A stretch of DNA of 63,913 nucleotides, filler included, from an uncultured bacterium (GTDB lineage Bacteria > Latescibacterota > UBA2968), in assembly GCA_964471275.1 (NCBI GenBank). It is 6 parts of 6 records of this genome, joined end to end, with 100 filler letters (N's around TTAATTAATTAA, not from the genome) between each part and the next. Parts side by side here need not be neighbours in the genome. Positions count along the whole stretch, not along the records: positions 34,171 to 45,117 come from CAYYGZ010000162.1; positions 45,218 to 56,110 come from CAYYGZ010000163.1; 4 more parts are not named here. One strand, given 5' to 3'. A model generated the notes under the pieces. The model saw nothing but the letters and a program-made list of their open reading frames with translations. It made no database searches and was not told the DNA's origin. A program made the translations under genes and the position numbers. Position 1 is the first letter of the stretch. Each line of letters opens with the position of its first letter. Below, in pieces: positions 39,788 to 49,041 of the stretch.

Positions 39788-40567
39788 ATGGACAACCCCT
39801 ATTCTCTCAGCAGCAAGAAAGCCTTCGTAACAGGCGGTAAACGGCGAATCGGGAGAGGTATCGCTCTCGCGCTTGCCGATGCCGGATGCGATGTCGGCAT
39901 CAACGATCTGACGCAGGATGAAGACGGAGACCGGACACTCGAACTCATCCGCGAAATGGGCCGAGAGGCGGAGTTCTTTCCTGGTGACATTTCGAGCAGC
40001 TCCGCTGTAACCAGGATGTTCTCCGAATTCCTGTCTCGATTTGGCCAGATCGACATCCTAGTAAACAACCCGTTTGGCGGGAAGGGACAGCACTTCCTCG
40101 AGCTGACGGAGCAGAACTGGGACCTCAATCTCGACGTCGGTCTGAAGGGATTCTATCTCTGCAGTCAGCAGGCGGCGAAAGCGATGGTCGCGCAGGGCGG
40201 GGGTGGGTGTATCTGCAGTACTTCATCCGTCCACGGGCGCCGGGCATGGAAAACTGACGCAGCCTATGGTGCAGCCAAGGCGGGTGTGATTCGTCTCACT
40301 GAGAGTATGGCGGTCGACCTGGGCGAACACGGTATCCGCTGTAATGCCATTCTTCCGGGATACATGGACACAGACCACAAATACGGCATGCCACCGCCGA
40401 AATTGGGCAGCGTGGGCGAGAGGCATTTCGAGAAGGTTCCTCTGCGTCGATCGGGCACCCCCGAGGACATTGGCCGAGCGGTCGCCTTTCTCTGTTCGCC
40501 GGCCGCTGCGTGCATCTCGGGTGTTGCGCTGCCAGTCGATGGGGCGCTGCTCGCCGGAACAGCCTGA
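39788..40567 (+). CDS. Short-chain dehydrogenase/reductase
   Basis: TGGKRRIG, DILVNN, YGAAK, GIRCNAILPG and VDGA motifs. Confidence 0.92.
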   Translation: MDNPYSLSSKKAFVTGGKRRIGRGIALALADAGCDVGINDLTQDEDGDRTLELIREMGREAEFFPGDISSSSAVTRMFSEFLSRFGQIDILVNNPFGGKGQHFLELTEQNWDLNLDVGLKGFYLCSQQAAKAMVAQGGGGCICSTSSVHGRRAWKTDAAYGAAKAGVIRLTESMAVDLGEHGIRCNAILPGYMDTDHKYGMPPPKLGSVGERHFEKVPLRRSGTPEDIGRAVAFLCSPAAACISGVALPVDGALLAGTA

Positions 40568-40644
40568 CCAGAGAGAAGGCCACCTGCCTTTGTGCGGAAT
40601 CAACACATCTTCTACGCCCAAAGCGGGACGAAAGGAGCATCACA

Positions 40645-41403
40645 ATGGCGATAACCGGAGATTTCGAAGCCTACCTGACTGACGACTGGTATGGCCATCA
40701 GATAACCGTAGACGCGCTGCTCGAATGCGAAGCCGAAGCCGGTTTTGATTACACCGTAGTCATGCCGCAGACGATAGAAGTGCCAGACAACGAGAACCTG
40801 GTGGCAAAAACGGCCGGGAATCCGCACACGCTTCCCTGTGTGCTTATGGACCCGCGTAGGGGCGAGGAAGGCATAGAGGATCTAAAACAGCTTGTGGTGA
40901 AGGGCGCACTCGGGATGAAACTGATGGGCGCGATCCACAAATACGAAATCGACGACCCCATGGTCTTCCCCTACGTGGACACCGCCAAAGATTTGGGAAT
41001 CGTCATCTCCGTCCATTCCGGTGTCCAAAACTGCAACGCCGATCGAATCGGAGCGCTCGCCGAACGTGTACCGGAGTCTCCGGTCATTATTGACCACATG
41101 GGTTACCCTGACAATTTCGACGATGCCTTGCAGGTCTGCCACGATCACGCCAACACTTACATGGGCACGACCATACTCCGATTTCACAAGCGCTGGGCTA
41201 ACAGCCCTGAGGAAACCATCCCCGACGGGATCAAGATCGCGGTCGACGAGATCGGCCCCGAGCGTGTCGTCTTCGGCTCCAACTTCCCCGAATACCGACC
41301 CATTCAGGTCAAACGCTCGATCCAGCGACTTGGACTTGGCGACGATGCCGAAGCCCTGATCTTCGGCGGTAACCTGGGCCGAATCTACGGTTTGGAAGAG
41401 TAA
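40645..41403 (+). CDS. Amidohydrolase 2 family protein
   Basis: GMKL, SVHSG, IIDHMG, RVVFGSNFP and IFGGN motifs; AAGGAG RBS. Confidence 0.85.
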   Translation: MAITGDFEAYLTDDWYGHQITVDALLECEAEAGFDYTVVMPQTIEVPDNENLVAKTAGNPHTLPCVLMDPRRGEEGIEDLKQLVVKGALGMKLMGAIHKYEIDDPMVFPYVDTAKDLGIVISVHSGVQNCNADRIGALAERVPESPVIIDHMGYPDNFDDALQVCHDHANTYMGTTILRFHKRWANSPEETIPDGIKIAVDEIGPERVVFGSNFPEYRPIQVKRSIQRLGLGDDAEALIFGGNLGRIYGLEE

Positions 41404-41507
41404 CCGAAGCAAGACCCCAGTATCCGGCAACAACCCGCACACCCTTTCCTGCCCCAGCGGAAGCGGGCGGCGATCCGGGTGAGGGCTATCCCTCGTCCGC
41501 CCTATCT

Positions 41508-42260
41508 CTATCCCCGTCCGATATACGGCATCTTCGTCGCCATGACCGTCATAAACTGAACATTCGCATCCAACGTCAGGCTGGCCATGTAGACGATTGC
41601 TTTCGCTACATTCTGCGTGTGCATCTGGGCCTCCGGTCGGACTTCGCCATCCGCCTGTGGCATCCCGACCGATGTTCGCTCCGTGCGCTCCACACGCGCG
41701 TTCCCGATATCAATCTGTCCCACCGCGATATCGTATTTGCGGCCATCCAGTGAAGCTGACTTTGTCAATCCTGTGATTGCATGCTTCGTTGCCGTATAGG
41801 GCACCGAGTTGAGACGCGGTACGTGGGCTGAAACAGACCCGTTGTTGATAATCCTGCCACCTTGCGGATCCTGATCCTTCATCACCTTGAATGCCTCTCG
41901 CGTGCACAGAAAGGATCCCGTCAGATTTATGTTCACCACTGTATTCCACTGTTCGTCAGTCAAGTCCTCAAGCAGTTCCTTCGGTGGTCCGACGCCCGCA
42001 TTGTTGAACAGTAGGTCCAGACGTCCATAGGTCTCGACCGTTTCGCCAAACAAGGCCCGGACTGACGCCGGATCACCCACATCGGTTGGAACTGCGAGAC
42101 CCGTCCCGTCGTCTCGTTCGATTTCGGACACGGCCTCATCCAACGGATCCGGCCTTCGTCCTGCCACAACCACCGTCCATCCATCCTTTGCCAGTGCCAG
42201 TGCCGACAGCTTCCCGATCCCGGATCCCGCCCCCGTCACAATCGCAATTCTCTCGCTCAT
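41508..42260 (-). CDS. Short-chain dehydrogenase/reductase
   Basis: [29 protein letters not shown] and [11 protein letters not shown] motifs. Confidence 0.92.
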   Translation of the reverse strand: MSERIAIVTGAGSGIGKLSALALAKDGWTVVVAGRRPDPLDEAVSEIERDDGTGLAVPTDVGDPASVRALFGETVETYGRLDLLFNNAGVGPPKELLEDLTDEQWNTVVNINLTGSFLCTREAFKVMKDQDPQGGRIINNGSVSAHVPRLNSVPYTATKHAITGLTKSASLDGRKYDIAVGQIDIGNARVERTERTSVGMPQADGEVRPEAQMHTQNVAKAIVYMASLTLDANVQFMTVMATKMPYIGRG

Positions 42261-42725
42261 TTCTGTCAACCTTTGCTAGGGTTACCCATATAGGGATTCA
42301 GTCTCTTGCTTCATCTAATAGCGACGGAAAGTGTCCGTGTGAGTCTCCCGGCACCCGAAACAGGATCTTCTCCCTCTCCGTCAACGCAACTGCACAAACA
42401 GCTCATTCGGCTGCTTGAGCAATCCCGGTAAGTGCTCTGACCATGCGCTGCTTCGGTTTCCAGTATGAGAAGCGGAACTGTCCAGACCGGACGGGCACGC
42501 AAAATCCCCGACGATGCGAACGACCTCGTCTGAACTGGCCGTGCTCGCCGGGGATTATGAGAAGCAGATAAGCAGGCTGATTGCGACCAACGCGAGCCTG
42601 ATTCTAACCATCAGACCTCGCTAACGTCATCCCGCGGGAATCTGCCTGGTCTCGACTCTCACCTGGCAGTGACTGGCGGTCATCGGATACTGGCTGATCC
42701 CTGCGAATCTCCGATTCCCACCCCA

Positions 42726-42762
42726 CAATGGCCAATGGTCATTGGATAATGGACAATTCCCA
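42726..42762. repeat. Degenerate heptamer tandem repeats (STRR-like)
   Basis: CAATGGC CAATGGT CATTGGA TAATGGA CAATTCC, just downstream of the aldolase gene. Confidence 0.55.
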
Positions 42763-42774
42763 CTCTCTTCTGCC

Positions 42775-43563
42775 TTACCCTCCCACCGCCTTCCGCAGCT
42801 CTTCTCCATTCCCTTTCCACCACGAGTAGAGCACTGAAATGTCCACGCCCATGTTGAAGTGCTTCACACCCATGTCCAGATATTCTTTCGCGTCGTCTGG
42901 CGACATGATCTCTGCGCGAGGCTGAACACCCATATTCAGAGCCGTCTTGAATACTTCTTTCTTTGCATCGAGTACGGAAGGATCGTTCCGTTGACCGGCC
43001 AGACCGACGCTCATCGAGTAGTCCGACGGTCCCCACTGAATCATGTCGACACCTTCGACCGACAGAATCTCCTCAATGTTTTCAACCGCTTCTTTCTTCT
43101 CGATCATCAGATTGACGACCGTGTTCCGCATTGCCTCGACGTAATCCGGTCCTCCGCCATACCCCATGTAGGTATTCCGCCGCGTATACACGCTGTAGAG
43201 TCCGCCGTCCTCCGGCGTGTCCGGCTGCGTGATCCGAACACATTCGGCTGCGTCCTCGGCAGTTCGGCAATCCGTGAACAGGATGCTTGTAAAACCTGAT
43301 CCAAGGGCCCGCTGCGCCAGGTAGTGCTGGTGGCTCTTGTCGATCTTGAACATCATGCCCATCCCATACAGCTCGGCGGCCCTACACATGTTATCCAGAT
43401 CGTGCAAATCGAATGTGCCATATTCACCAACATACTCGACGTAATCATACACACCCGTATGCCCGATCGCTTCGATGATAGCGGGCCAGTGTGAATGAAT
43501 ACGGGTCCCGATCGTAGGCTCTCCGGCGTTTAGTTTTTCTCGAATGATATTCGGCTTCATCAT
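42775..43563 (-). CDS. HpcH/HpaI family 2-keto-3-deoxy-sugar-acid aldolase
   Basis: MIEKKEAVENIEEILSVEGVDMIQWGPSDYSMSVG motif. Confidence 0.88.
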   Translation of the reverse strand: MMKPNIIREKLNAGEPTIGTRIHSHWPAIIEAIGHTGVYDYVEYVGEYGTFDLHDLDNMCRAAELYGMGMMFKIDKSHQHYLAQRALGSGFTSILFTDCRTAEDAAECVRITQPDTPEDGGLYSVYTRRNTYMGYGGGPDYVEAMRNTVVNLMIEKKEAVENIEEILSVEGVDMIQWGPSDYSMSVGLAGQRNDPSVLDAKKEVFKTALNMGVQPRAEIMSPDDAKEYLDMGVKHFNMGVDISVLYSWWKGNGEELRKAVGG

Positions 43564-43948
43564 CAACTCCCGATAAGGTGTAGCGGTCGGGCTGCTTCTC
43601 AGCCCACCTCGTAGCATCACCCCAACTCCCCGGATGAACTCCTAACAAAATAGCACTTGTCGTCAACCATCCAACCCCTAAGCGCACGGACCCGATACGC
43701 ACTGAACGCTCACCACGGTAGATTTCGCCCCTCCACACCCGACACCCCATCCCCCAACCATACTCCTGCCCTTGACGATCCCCCGTCCCTTCTTACCTTG
43801 CCTACTGATCTGTCTTGCTCCGGTCCCAAACTGTCTCGATTGCGCAGGACGATCGCCTGCAGGGCCAACACTATGTTCAGATCCCCATATGCTGGACCCA
43901 GATGTATGGATTCCCACACCCTTTGATTCTAGCGAACGGAGACTCACG

Positions 43949-45117
43949 ATGTCACTGCTCCCCACATCTGAAATCGGCAACACAGGTGTAGAGGTCACCC
44001 AACTTGGGTTCGGAGGCGCGCCTCTCGGTGAGCTCTTCGAGCGTGTCACCGCCAGGCAGGCGACCGAAACACTCGAAGCCGCCTGGGAATCGGGAATCCG
44101 ATACTACGATACCGCTCCCTTCTACGGACACGGCAAGAGCGAGCATCGCACGGGTCATTTCCTGCAGGACCTGCCGAGAACCGAATTCGTGCTCTCAACC
44201 AAAGTTGGGCGCGTGCTGAGACCGGCAAAGGGTGACGACTTCACATCGGAGTTCTGGGCCCACCCGTTGCCCTTCGACTTCTACTACGACTACAGCTATG
44301 ACGGAATCATGCGATCCTTCGAGCAAAGCCTGCAACGGCTGGGTATGAACCGCATTGATCTCCTGATGATCCACGACCTCGATATCTGGTTCAACGAGAA
44401 GGAGTATCGCGTACAAGCCTGGCTGAATCAGCTGTTCACAAGTGGGTGGAGAGCATTGGAAGAGTTGAAATCGAGTGGCGCGATTCAGGGAATCGGTGCG
44501 GGGATCAATGAAACCGGAATGATTCCCCGCTTTGCCGATTATGTCGATCTGGACTGTTGCATTGTGGCCATGCCATACAATCTCCTGGATCAGGAGACGC
44601 TGGAGGTAAGCTGGCGCTTCAGCATAAACAATAGCTGGCCGGAGACGGAGGGGGGCATACGCTTCGGGCTGCTGGCGGAGGACCTGGCGGGGCTCACCGA
44701 TGGCTGGAACTACGACGAGTCCAGCCTGGGTTTCAGGCCGCTGGGAGCGACGACCGAGTGGCTGGCGGCAAACTTTTCGCCCGAAGAGCTGGCCGACTCC
44801 GCGATCTGGAGCGACTGCGCCGACCCCGATGGCGATGGCTTGAACAACCTGCTGGAGTATGCGTTTAACACTTTGCCGCTGGACGGGCAGTCCGGGGCCG
44901 GGGCCACGCCGCGGGTGGTGGTGGACGAGGCCGGGGGCGGGCAGGCGTATCTGGCGCTGCGCTTCCGGCAGTGGGTGGCCGCGCCTTTTATTGACTATAT
45001 CGTGGAGGGCTCGGGTGATTTGCAGGGCTGGACGCCGGTGGGCGGTGTCTGGCAGGAGCTTTCGCCGCCGGATGCGGAGGGGCTGGCCAATCTGATCGGT
45101 GTGGATACGGTGCGCAT
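43949..45117 (+). CDS. Aldo/keto reductase (D-threo-aldose/L-fucose dehydrogenase-like) joined at about 44605 to an unrelated secreted-protein C-terminal domain
   Basis: LGFGGAPLG, YYDTAPFYG.GKSE, STKVGR, SLQRLG and IHD up to YNLLDQETL; then WLAANFS...ADPDGDGLNNLLEYAF...SGDLQGW. Confidence 0.75.
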
Positions 45118-45217
45118 NNNNNNNNNNNNNNNNNNNNNNNNNNNNNNNNNNNNNNNNNNNNTTAATTAATTAANNNNNNNNNNNNNNNNNNNNNNNNNNN
45201 NNNNNNNNNNNNNNNNN
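45118..45217. other. Artificial contig linker
   Basis: N44-TTAATTAATTAA-N44. Confidence 0.99.
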
Positions 45218-46444
45218 ACAAGCCGCGCTTCTCAACGGGCACATCCTTCGATAACGACTGCGCAAAGCTGACCATGCTCCCCGACCCGGACAGACGCAGA
45301 TAGACATACGCCATCGAAACCGCCACGATAATTCCACCGAGAGCAAGACACGCGAGCGTCAGCACATACGTTTCGCCGGTGTGCGCGAATGTCCCATACG
45401 CATAGGCAGAGAAGAACACGAGGTAGGAAAGGTTGTCCGCAANNNNNNNNNNACCCATTCGCCGAACTGCGATCCCATAAACTTCAATTTCGCGATCTCT
45501 CCGTCGCACCCGTCTACGATCGATGCAAACTGGAAGATCAGCCCACCAACCATCAGCCCCAGATAATCGGGCTGTACCACAAACCAAGCCGCGATAAAAC
45601 TGATGAACATAGTCGAGACCGAAAGCTGATTCGGTGTCAGGGAGGTCTTCGCGAGAAGCGAACTGATTCGCGTTGAAATCTTGCGGTTGAAATGTCGCGA
45701 AACAAAGCCGTCCGTCGGTTTACCGAGCGACCGAACCAACGCGCGCTGGGCGTAGTTGAGCGACTCCGGGGTGTCCACGTCTTCCCAGAATAGATCGCCG
45801 ATGTCCTCGGCACGCATGCGGCCATCATTCGCCAGTGCCCGAATGCCTCCCGAAAGGGAGTCATCACCCGTAGCAACTGCCCCTTCGAGCGCGTCGAACA
45901 GCGCGGAATTACACAGAAAGACACCTGTATCAATCGCGTTATGGTCATCCAGCGTCTTCCCAATCGCATCTATCCGGCCGTCGGTCACCTTTACCTTGGT
46001 CGCATCGTCTTCGTCGAATATGCGATCGATTTTCGAGTCGACGGCAAGCGCACATTCATCGTTCGCAAGGTTCGCGTTGCGCAGCGTCGATATGATCTGC
46101 GAATCGAAGAGATGATCTGACATCATTAGTACAAACGTGCTGTCTCCGATGACATCCCGGGCCGCCAGCACAGACTTCCCGTTCCCTTCCTCCCACGCCG
46201 CATTCTCAACCCAATCGATACAGACGTCAACCTGGCTGTCCTGTTCAATAGCGGTCCGAATTTCATCGGCGCGATAGCCGGTGACAACGGCAAAATCGGT
46301 GATGCCAGCGCGCTTCGCGGTTAGAATCGTGCGCTTCAGGAGCCCCACACCAGCGACCGGTACAAGAGGCTTGGGTACGTGCTCATACCGCCCTTTCAGG
46401 CGGCTGCCTCTACCAGCTGCGATGATCACGGCCTTTGTGACCAT
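45218..46444 (-). CDS. Bifunctional nucleotidyl(cytidylyl)transferase / CDP-alcohol phosphotransferase (IPCT/DIPPS-like), 3' partial
   Basis: AVIIAAGRGSRL..PKPL, GNGKS, MSDH, DTGVF and WEDVDTPE; then DGFVSRHFNRKIS, TPNQ and DGCDGEIAKLK...GEW[gap]ADN; 10-N gap at 45443-45452. Confidence 0.88.
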
Positions 46445-46481
46445 GTGCTTCCCTTTCTCCACGGACCCCGGATCCGCGACT

Positions 46482-47846
46482 TTATGATGATGGCTCGGGA
46501 ACGATGTCCCCACCGGTCGCACGTTGTAGTGAGCCGTAGGCCTTGTTGAACGCATAGACTGCGCTGAAGTACTTTGCTCGAATGATGCTGTATTCTTTGA
46601 CTGCATCGATCATCTCACCCGCTTCTTCCAACCCGGCGTTGAAGCCGTCGCGCGCTGACAGGAACCACTTTCTAGTTGCCCTGCGCGCCTTCTTCGCTGC
46701 CTTCAGATTTGCTTCAGCCTCTACTAGATCGCCGTGGATGCGCTCGATCTCGATCACGGCCCCCATCGAGGCCAGCTGATCCAGATACGTCAGTTTCTTA
46801 CGCTCGAGTTCAACCTTGCGGACCTTGGCGGCAGTTAGTCCAAACGACAAGGATTGCCTGAACCCGACGATTGCACCGGCTTGCAGGAAGTTGAAGTCGT
46901 CTTTAGCGAACGGGCTCGTCTGATCGTCCCTGTTCGGCGCGTAGCTGTGTTTGAATTGACCACCGATAAAGAACTGAGGGTAGAACTCACTCCTGACGGC
47001 CTTGACCTGCGCATCCTTGGCTTTGATCCCTGCCCGGAGTTGTTTCAAATCGTGCCGCTCGACCACCTGATCGACATAGTGAGCCAGAGACCTGACCTCA
47101 ACCGCAACCGGGACCAGTGCGTCGTCCGCCAACTGCAGCGTCGAATCGACCGGCAGACCGGCTGCTTTCCGGAGCAGAGACCGAAGCAACAATCTGCTCT
47201 TGGCAACCTTGTTCGCGTTCTCCTCCACATCATACACGAATCGATCCAGTCGGAAGAGATCCGTGTATGTGTAGTCGCCTTCGTCTTCCTCGAGCTTCTC
47301 TGCGATCAGATCTCGAGCCTTGCCAATCTCTCTGCGGGCTTCTGAAGCCAGGTCCCAAAGATGATCCGTCAGCAGCAGCCCATAGTAGGCTTCTGAAACC
47401 TGCAGTTCTGTCTTTGCCCGCGTGTCCAGCAACCCCTCGGTGCGTGCCTCGACGCCTTGCCTGGCAGCCTCCTGTGCGGCCGCCAACTTGCCAAAAGTGA
47501 ACAGAGGCTGAATGAAGGTTACCTCCGTTCGAGCAAAAATGCTCAGACTCGAAAGCTTGGTATCACCGATGAGCGCATCGCCTCGCGCTTCGGGCGAAGG
47601 CCCGGCCATCATCATCAGATCGAATTTCGGCAGGGAGCGTGCCGCCCGTGCCTGCTGGGAGAGCGCCTCGGCGATCTCCACATCAGCATCCGCCGCCCGG
47701 AGCTGTGGATTGCTGGTGATTGCCAGCTCGACGAGTTCTGGAAGACTGTAGGCTTCCGCTTCCGCGGTTGATGCTAGGGAATTTAGATTTAGGCAACACC
47801 CTAAAAATGCAACACTTACATACGCGAGAGTGTGCCGAAACCCCAC
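46482..47846 (-). CDS. TolC family outer-membrane efflux protein; start GTG 47846 or 47900
   Basis: Signal peptide, AITSNPQL, QPLFTFGK, VSEAYY and SEFYPQF; two OEP repeats. Confidence 0.85.
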   Translation of the reverse strand: MGFRHTLAYVSVAFLGCCLNLNSLASTAEAEAYSLPELVELAITSNPQLRAADADVEIAEALSQQARAARSLPKFDLMMMAGPSPEARGDALIGDTKLSSLSIFARTEVTFIQPLFTFGKLAAAQEAARQGVEARTEGLLDTRAKTELQVSEAYYGLLLTDHLWDLASEARREIGKARDLIAEKLEEDEGDYTYTDLFRLDRFVYDVEENANKVAKSRLLLRSLLRKAAGLPVDSTLQLADDALVPVAVEVRSLAHYVDQVVERHDLKQLRAGIKAKDAQVKAVRSEFYPQFFIGGQFKHSYAPNRDDQTSPFAKDDFNFLQAGAIVGFRQSLSFGLTAAKVRKVELERKKLTYLDQLASMGAVIEIERIHGDLVEAEANLKAAKKARRATRKWFLSARDGFNAGLEEAGEMIDAVKEYSIIRAKYFSAVYAFNKAYGSLQRATGGDIVPEPSS

Positions 47847-47858
47847 AGATGTAGTTCT

Positions 47859-47882
47859 TTTGCAACATTTTCGCGTTGCAAA
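47859..47882. promoter_or_regulatory. Palindromic operator candidate
   Basis: TTTGCAAC-N8-GTTGCAAA just upstream of the likely TolC start, in an AT-richer stretch. Confidence 0.4.
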
Positions 47883-47998
47883 GAAGACACACTCTGACAC
47901 CGACGACTCCTCCGCGACGGGATATAGCCCTGCGTTTTCAACGTTCGCCGCAGGTTAACAGTAACTAATAGGGGTTGTATACATTGCAGGCTTGCGAA

Positions 47999-49018
47999 TC
48001 ACGTGCCAGAATCGCCCTCAGAGCGACGCCCGGAGGTCTGTCGAGAGATCCGGGAAGCGGCCAGCATCAGGGCGAATCCAACGACGACCCAGAAGACCTT
48101 CCGGAGACGACGCAGGAGGCCTACAGCTAGGCCGAGTCCTGGGTCCAGACCCAACAGATGGAAGAGAAAAACGTGTCCACCTTCGAAGACGCCGACACCG
48201 GAAGGGATGAAGAAGAATGCGGTGCTGATGATCAGCGAGAGAGAGGTCAACAGGTAGGCTGCTGAAAAGGTGAGAGACTCACCAAGAATACCCAGGATAT
48301 AGTAGACTTCGAATGCACCGAGGAACCAGCTGATGCCGTGAAAGCCGAGGGAAATCAGGAAACCGCGCGGATTGCGTCTGTAGAACTGGGCGATGTTTCG
48401 GTCGGTCTCCTCGATCTTCTCTCGACGTTTTTCCAGAAAGGTGATTCCCTGGCGGTTGAGAAAATCGAGCAACCAGCCGAAGGTATTTCGCCTTTGCCTG
48501 GAAACGGCGACACCGACCCCCAGCCCTGTCACGCCCAACGCGACCAGCAGAGCAGTCCGGATCTCGGGTTGGATCGGAAAAGACTGGAATGCGAGGAGTG
48601 TACCCGTGAAAGCGAAGACGAGCCCGCTGAGCATCTCGATCGTCTTGTTCACGACGACCGAAGGAAGTCCTTTCGTCACCGACATCTTGCTCCGAAGCAT
48701 GTAGGCCTTGGCAAGCTCGCTGCCCACGTGCGAAGCCGGACTGACGTTTCCGACAGCCTCCCCGGAGAGCTTGGTATAGAAGAGCCGCCAGAAACCAGGG
48801 CGGTAGGGTTCGTCCCGATCGAAGCAGGCCTGCCAGGCGAACGTATTGGTGACGTGCCAGCTTACCGCGATCGCGAGCACAGGGACAATCTGCCAGCCCA
48901 GTCTTGCGATATGTTCACTTACCTGATCAAAACCGACCTGGTGAAGCAGAATCCCCAGCAGAAAGAGACCGACACACCAAAGCCCGACACGGATCAGTCG
49001 TTGGCTCAATTTACGCAC
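47999..49018 (-). CDS. Lysylphosphatidylglycerol synthase TM / flippase-like (UPF0104) membrane protein
   Basis: Multiple TM helices; GEAVGNVSPASHVGSELAKAY, IPSGVGVFEGG and LLRRLR motifs. Confidence 0.85.
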   Translation of the reverse strand: MRKLSQRLIRVGLWCVGLFLLGILLHQVGFDQVSEHIARLGWQIVPVLAIAVSWHVTNTFAWQACFDRDEPYRPGFWRLFYTKLSGEAVGNVSPASHVGSELAKAYMLRSKMSVTKGLPSVVVNKTIEMLSGLVFAFTGTLLAFQSFPIQPEIRTALLVALGVTGLGVGVAVSRQRRNTFGWLLDFLNRQGITFLEKRREKIEETDRNIAQFYRRNPRGFLISLGFHGISWFLGAFEVYYILGILGESLTFSAAYLLTSLSLIISTAFFFIPSGVGVFEGGHVFLFHLLGLDPGLGLAVGLLRRLRKVFWVVVGFALMLAASRISRQTSGRRSEGDSGT

Positions 49019-49041
49019 CCATCACCCATGAGTGTCAGATC

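Noticed and set aside
42311..42611. Signal-peptide-like start MVRIRLALVAISLLICFS followed by broken frames
   Set aside because: May be a decayed secreted gene, but no recognisable domain supports a call.
44602..44612. GAG|GTAAG splice-donor-like sequence at the AKR junction
   Set aside because: Bacterial context, the downstream sequence is open coding frame, and there are no group I/II intron features.
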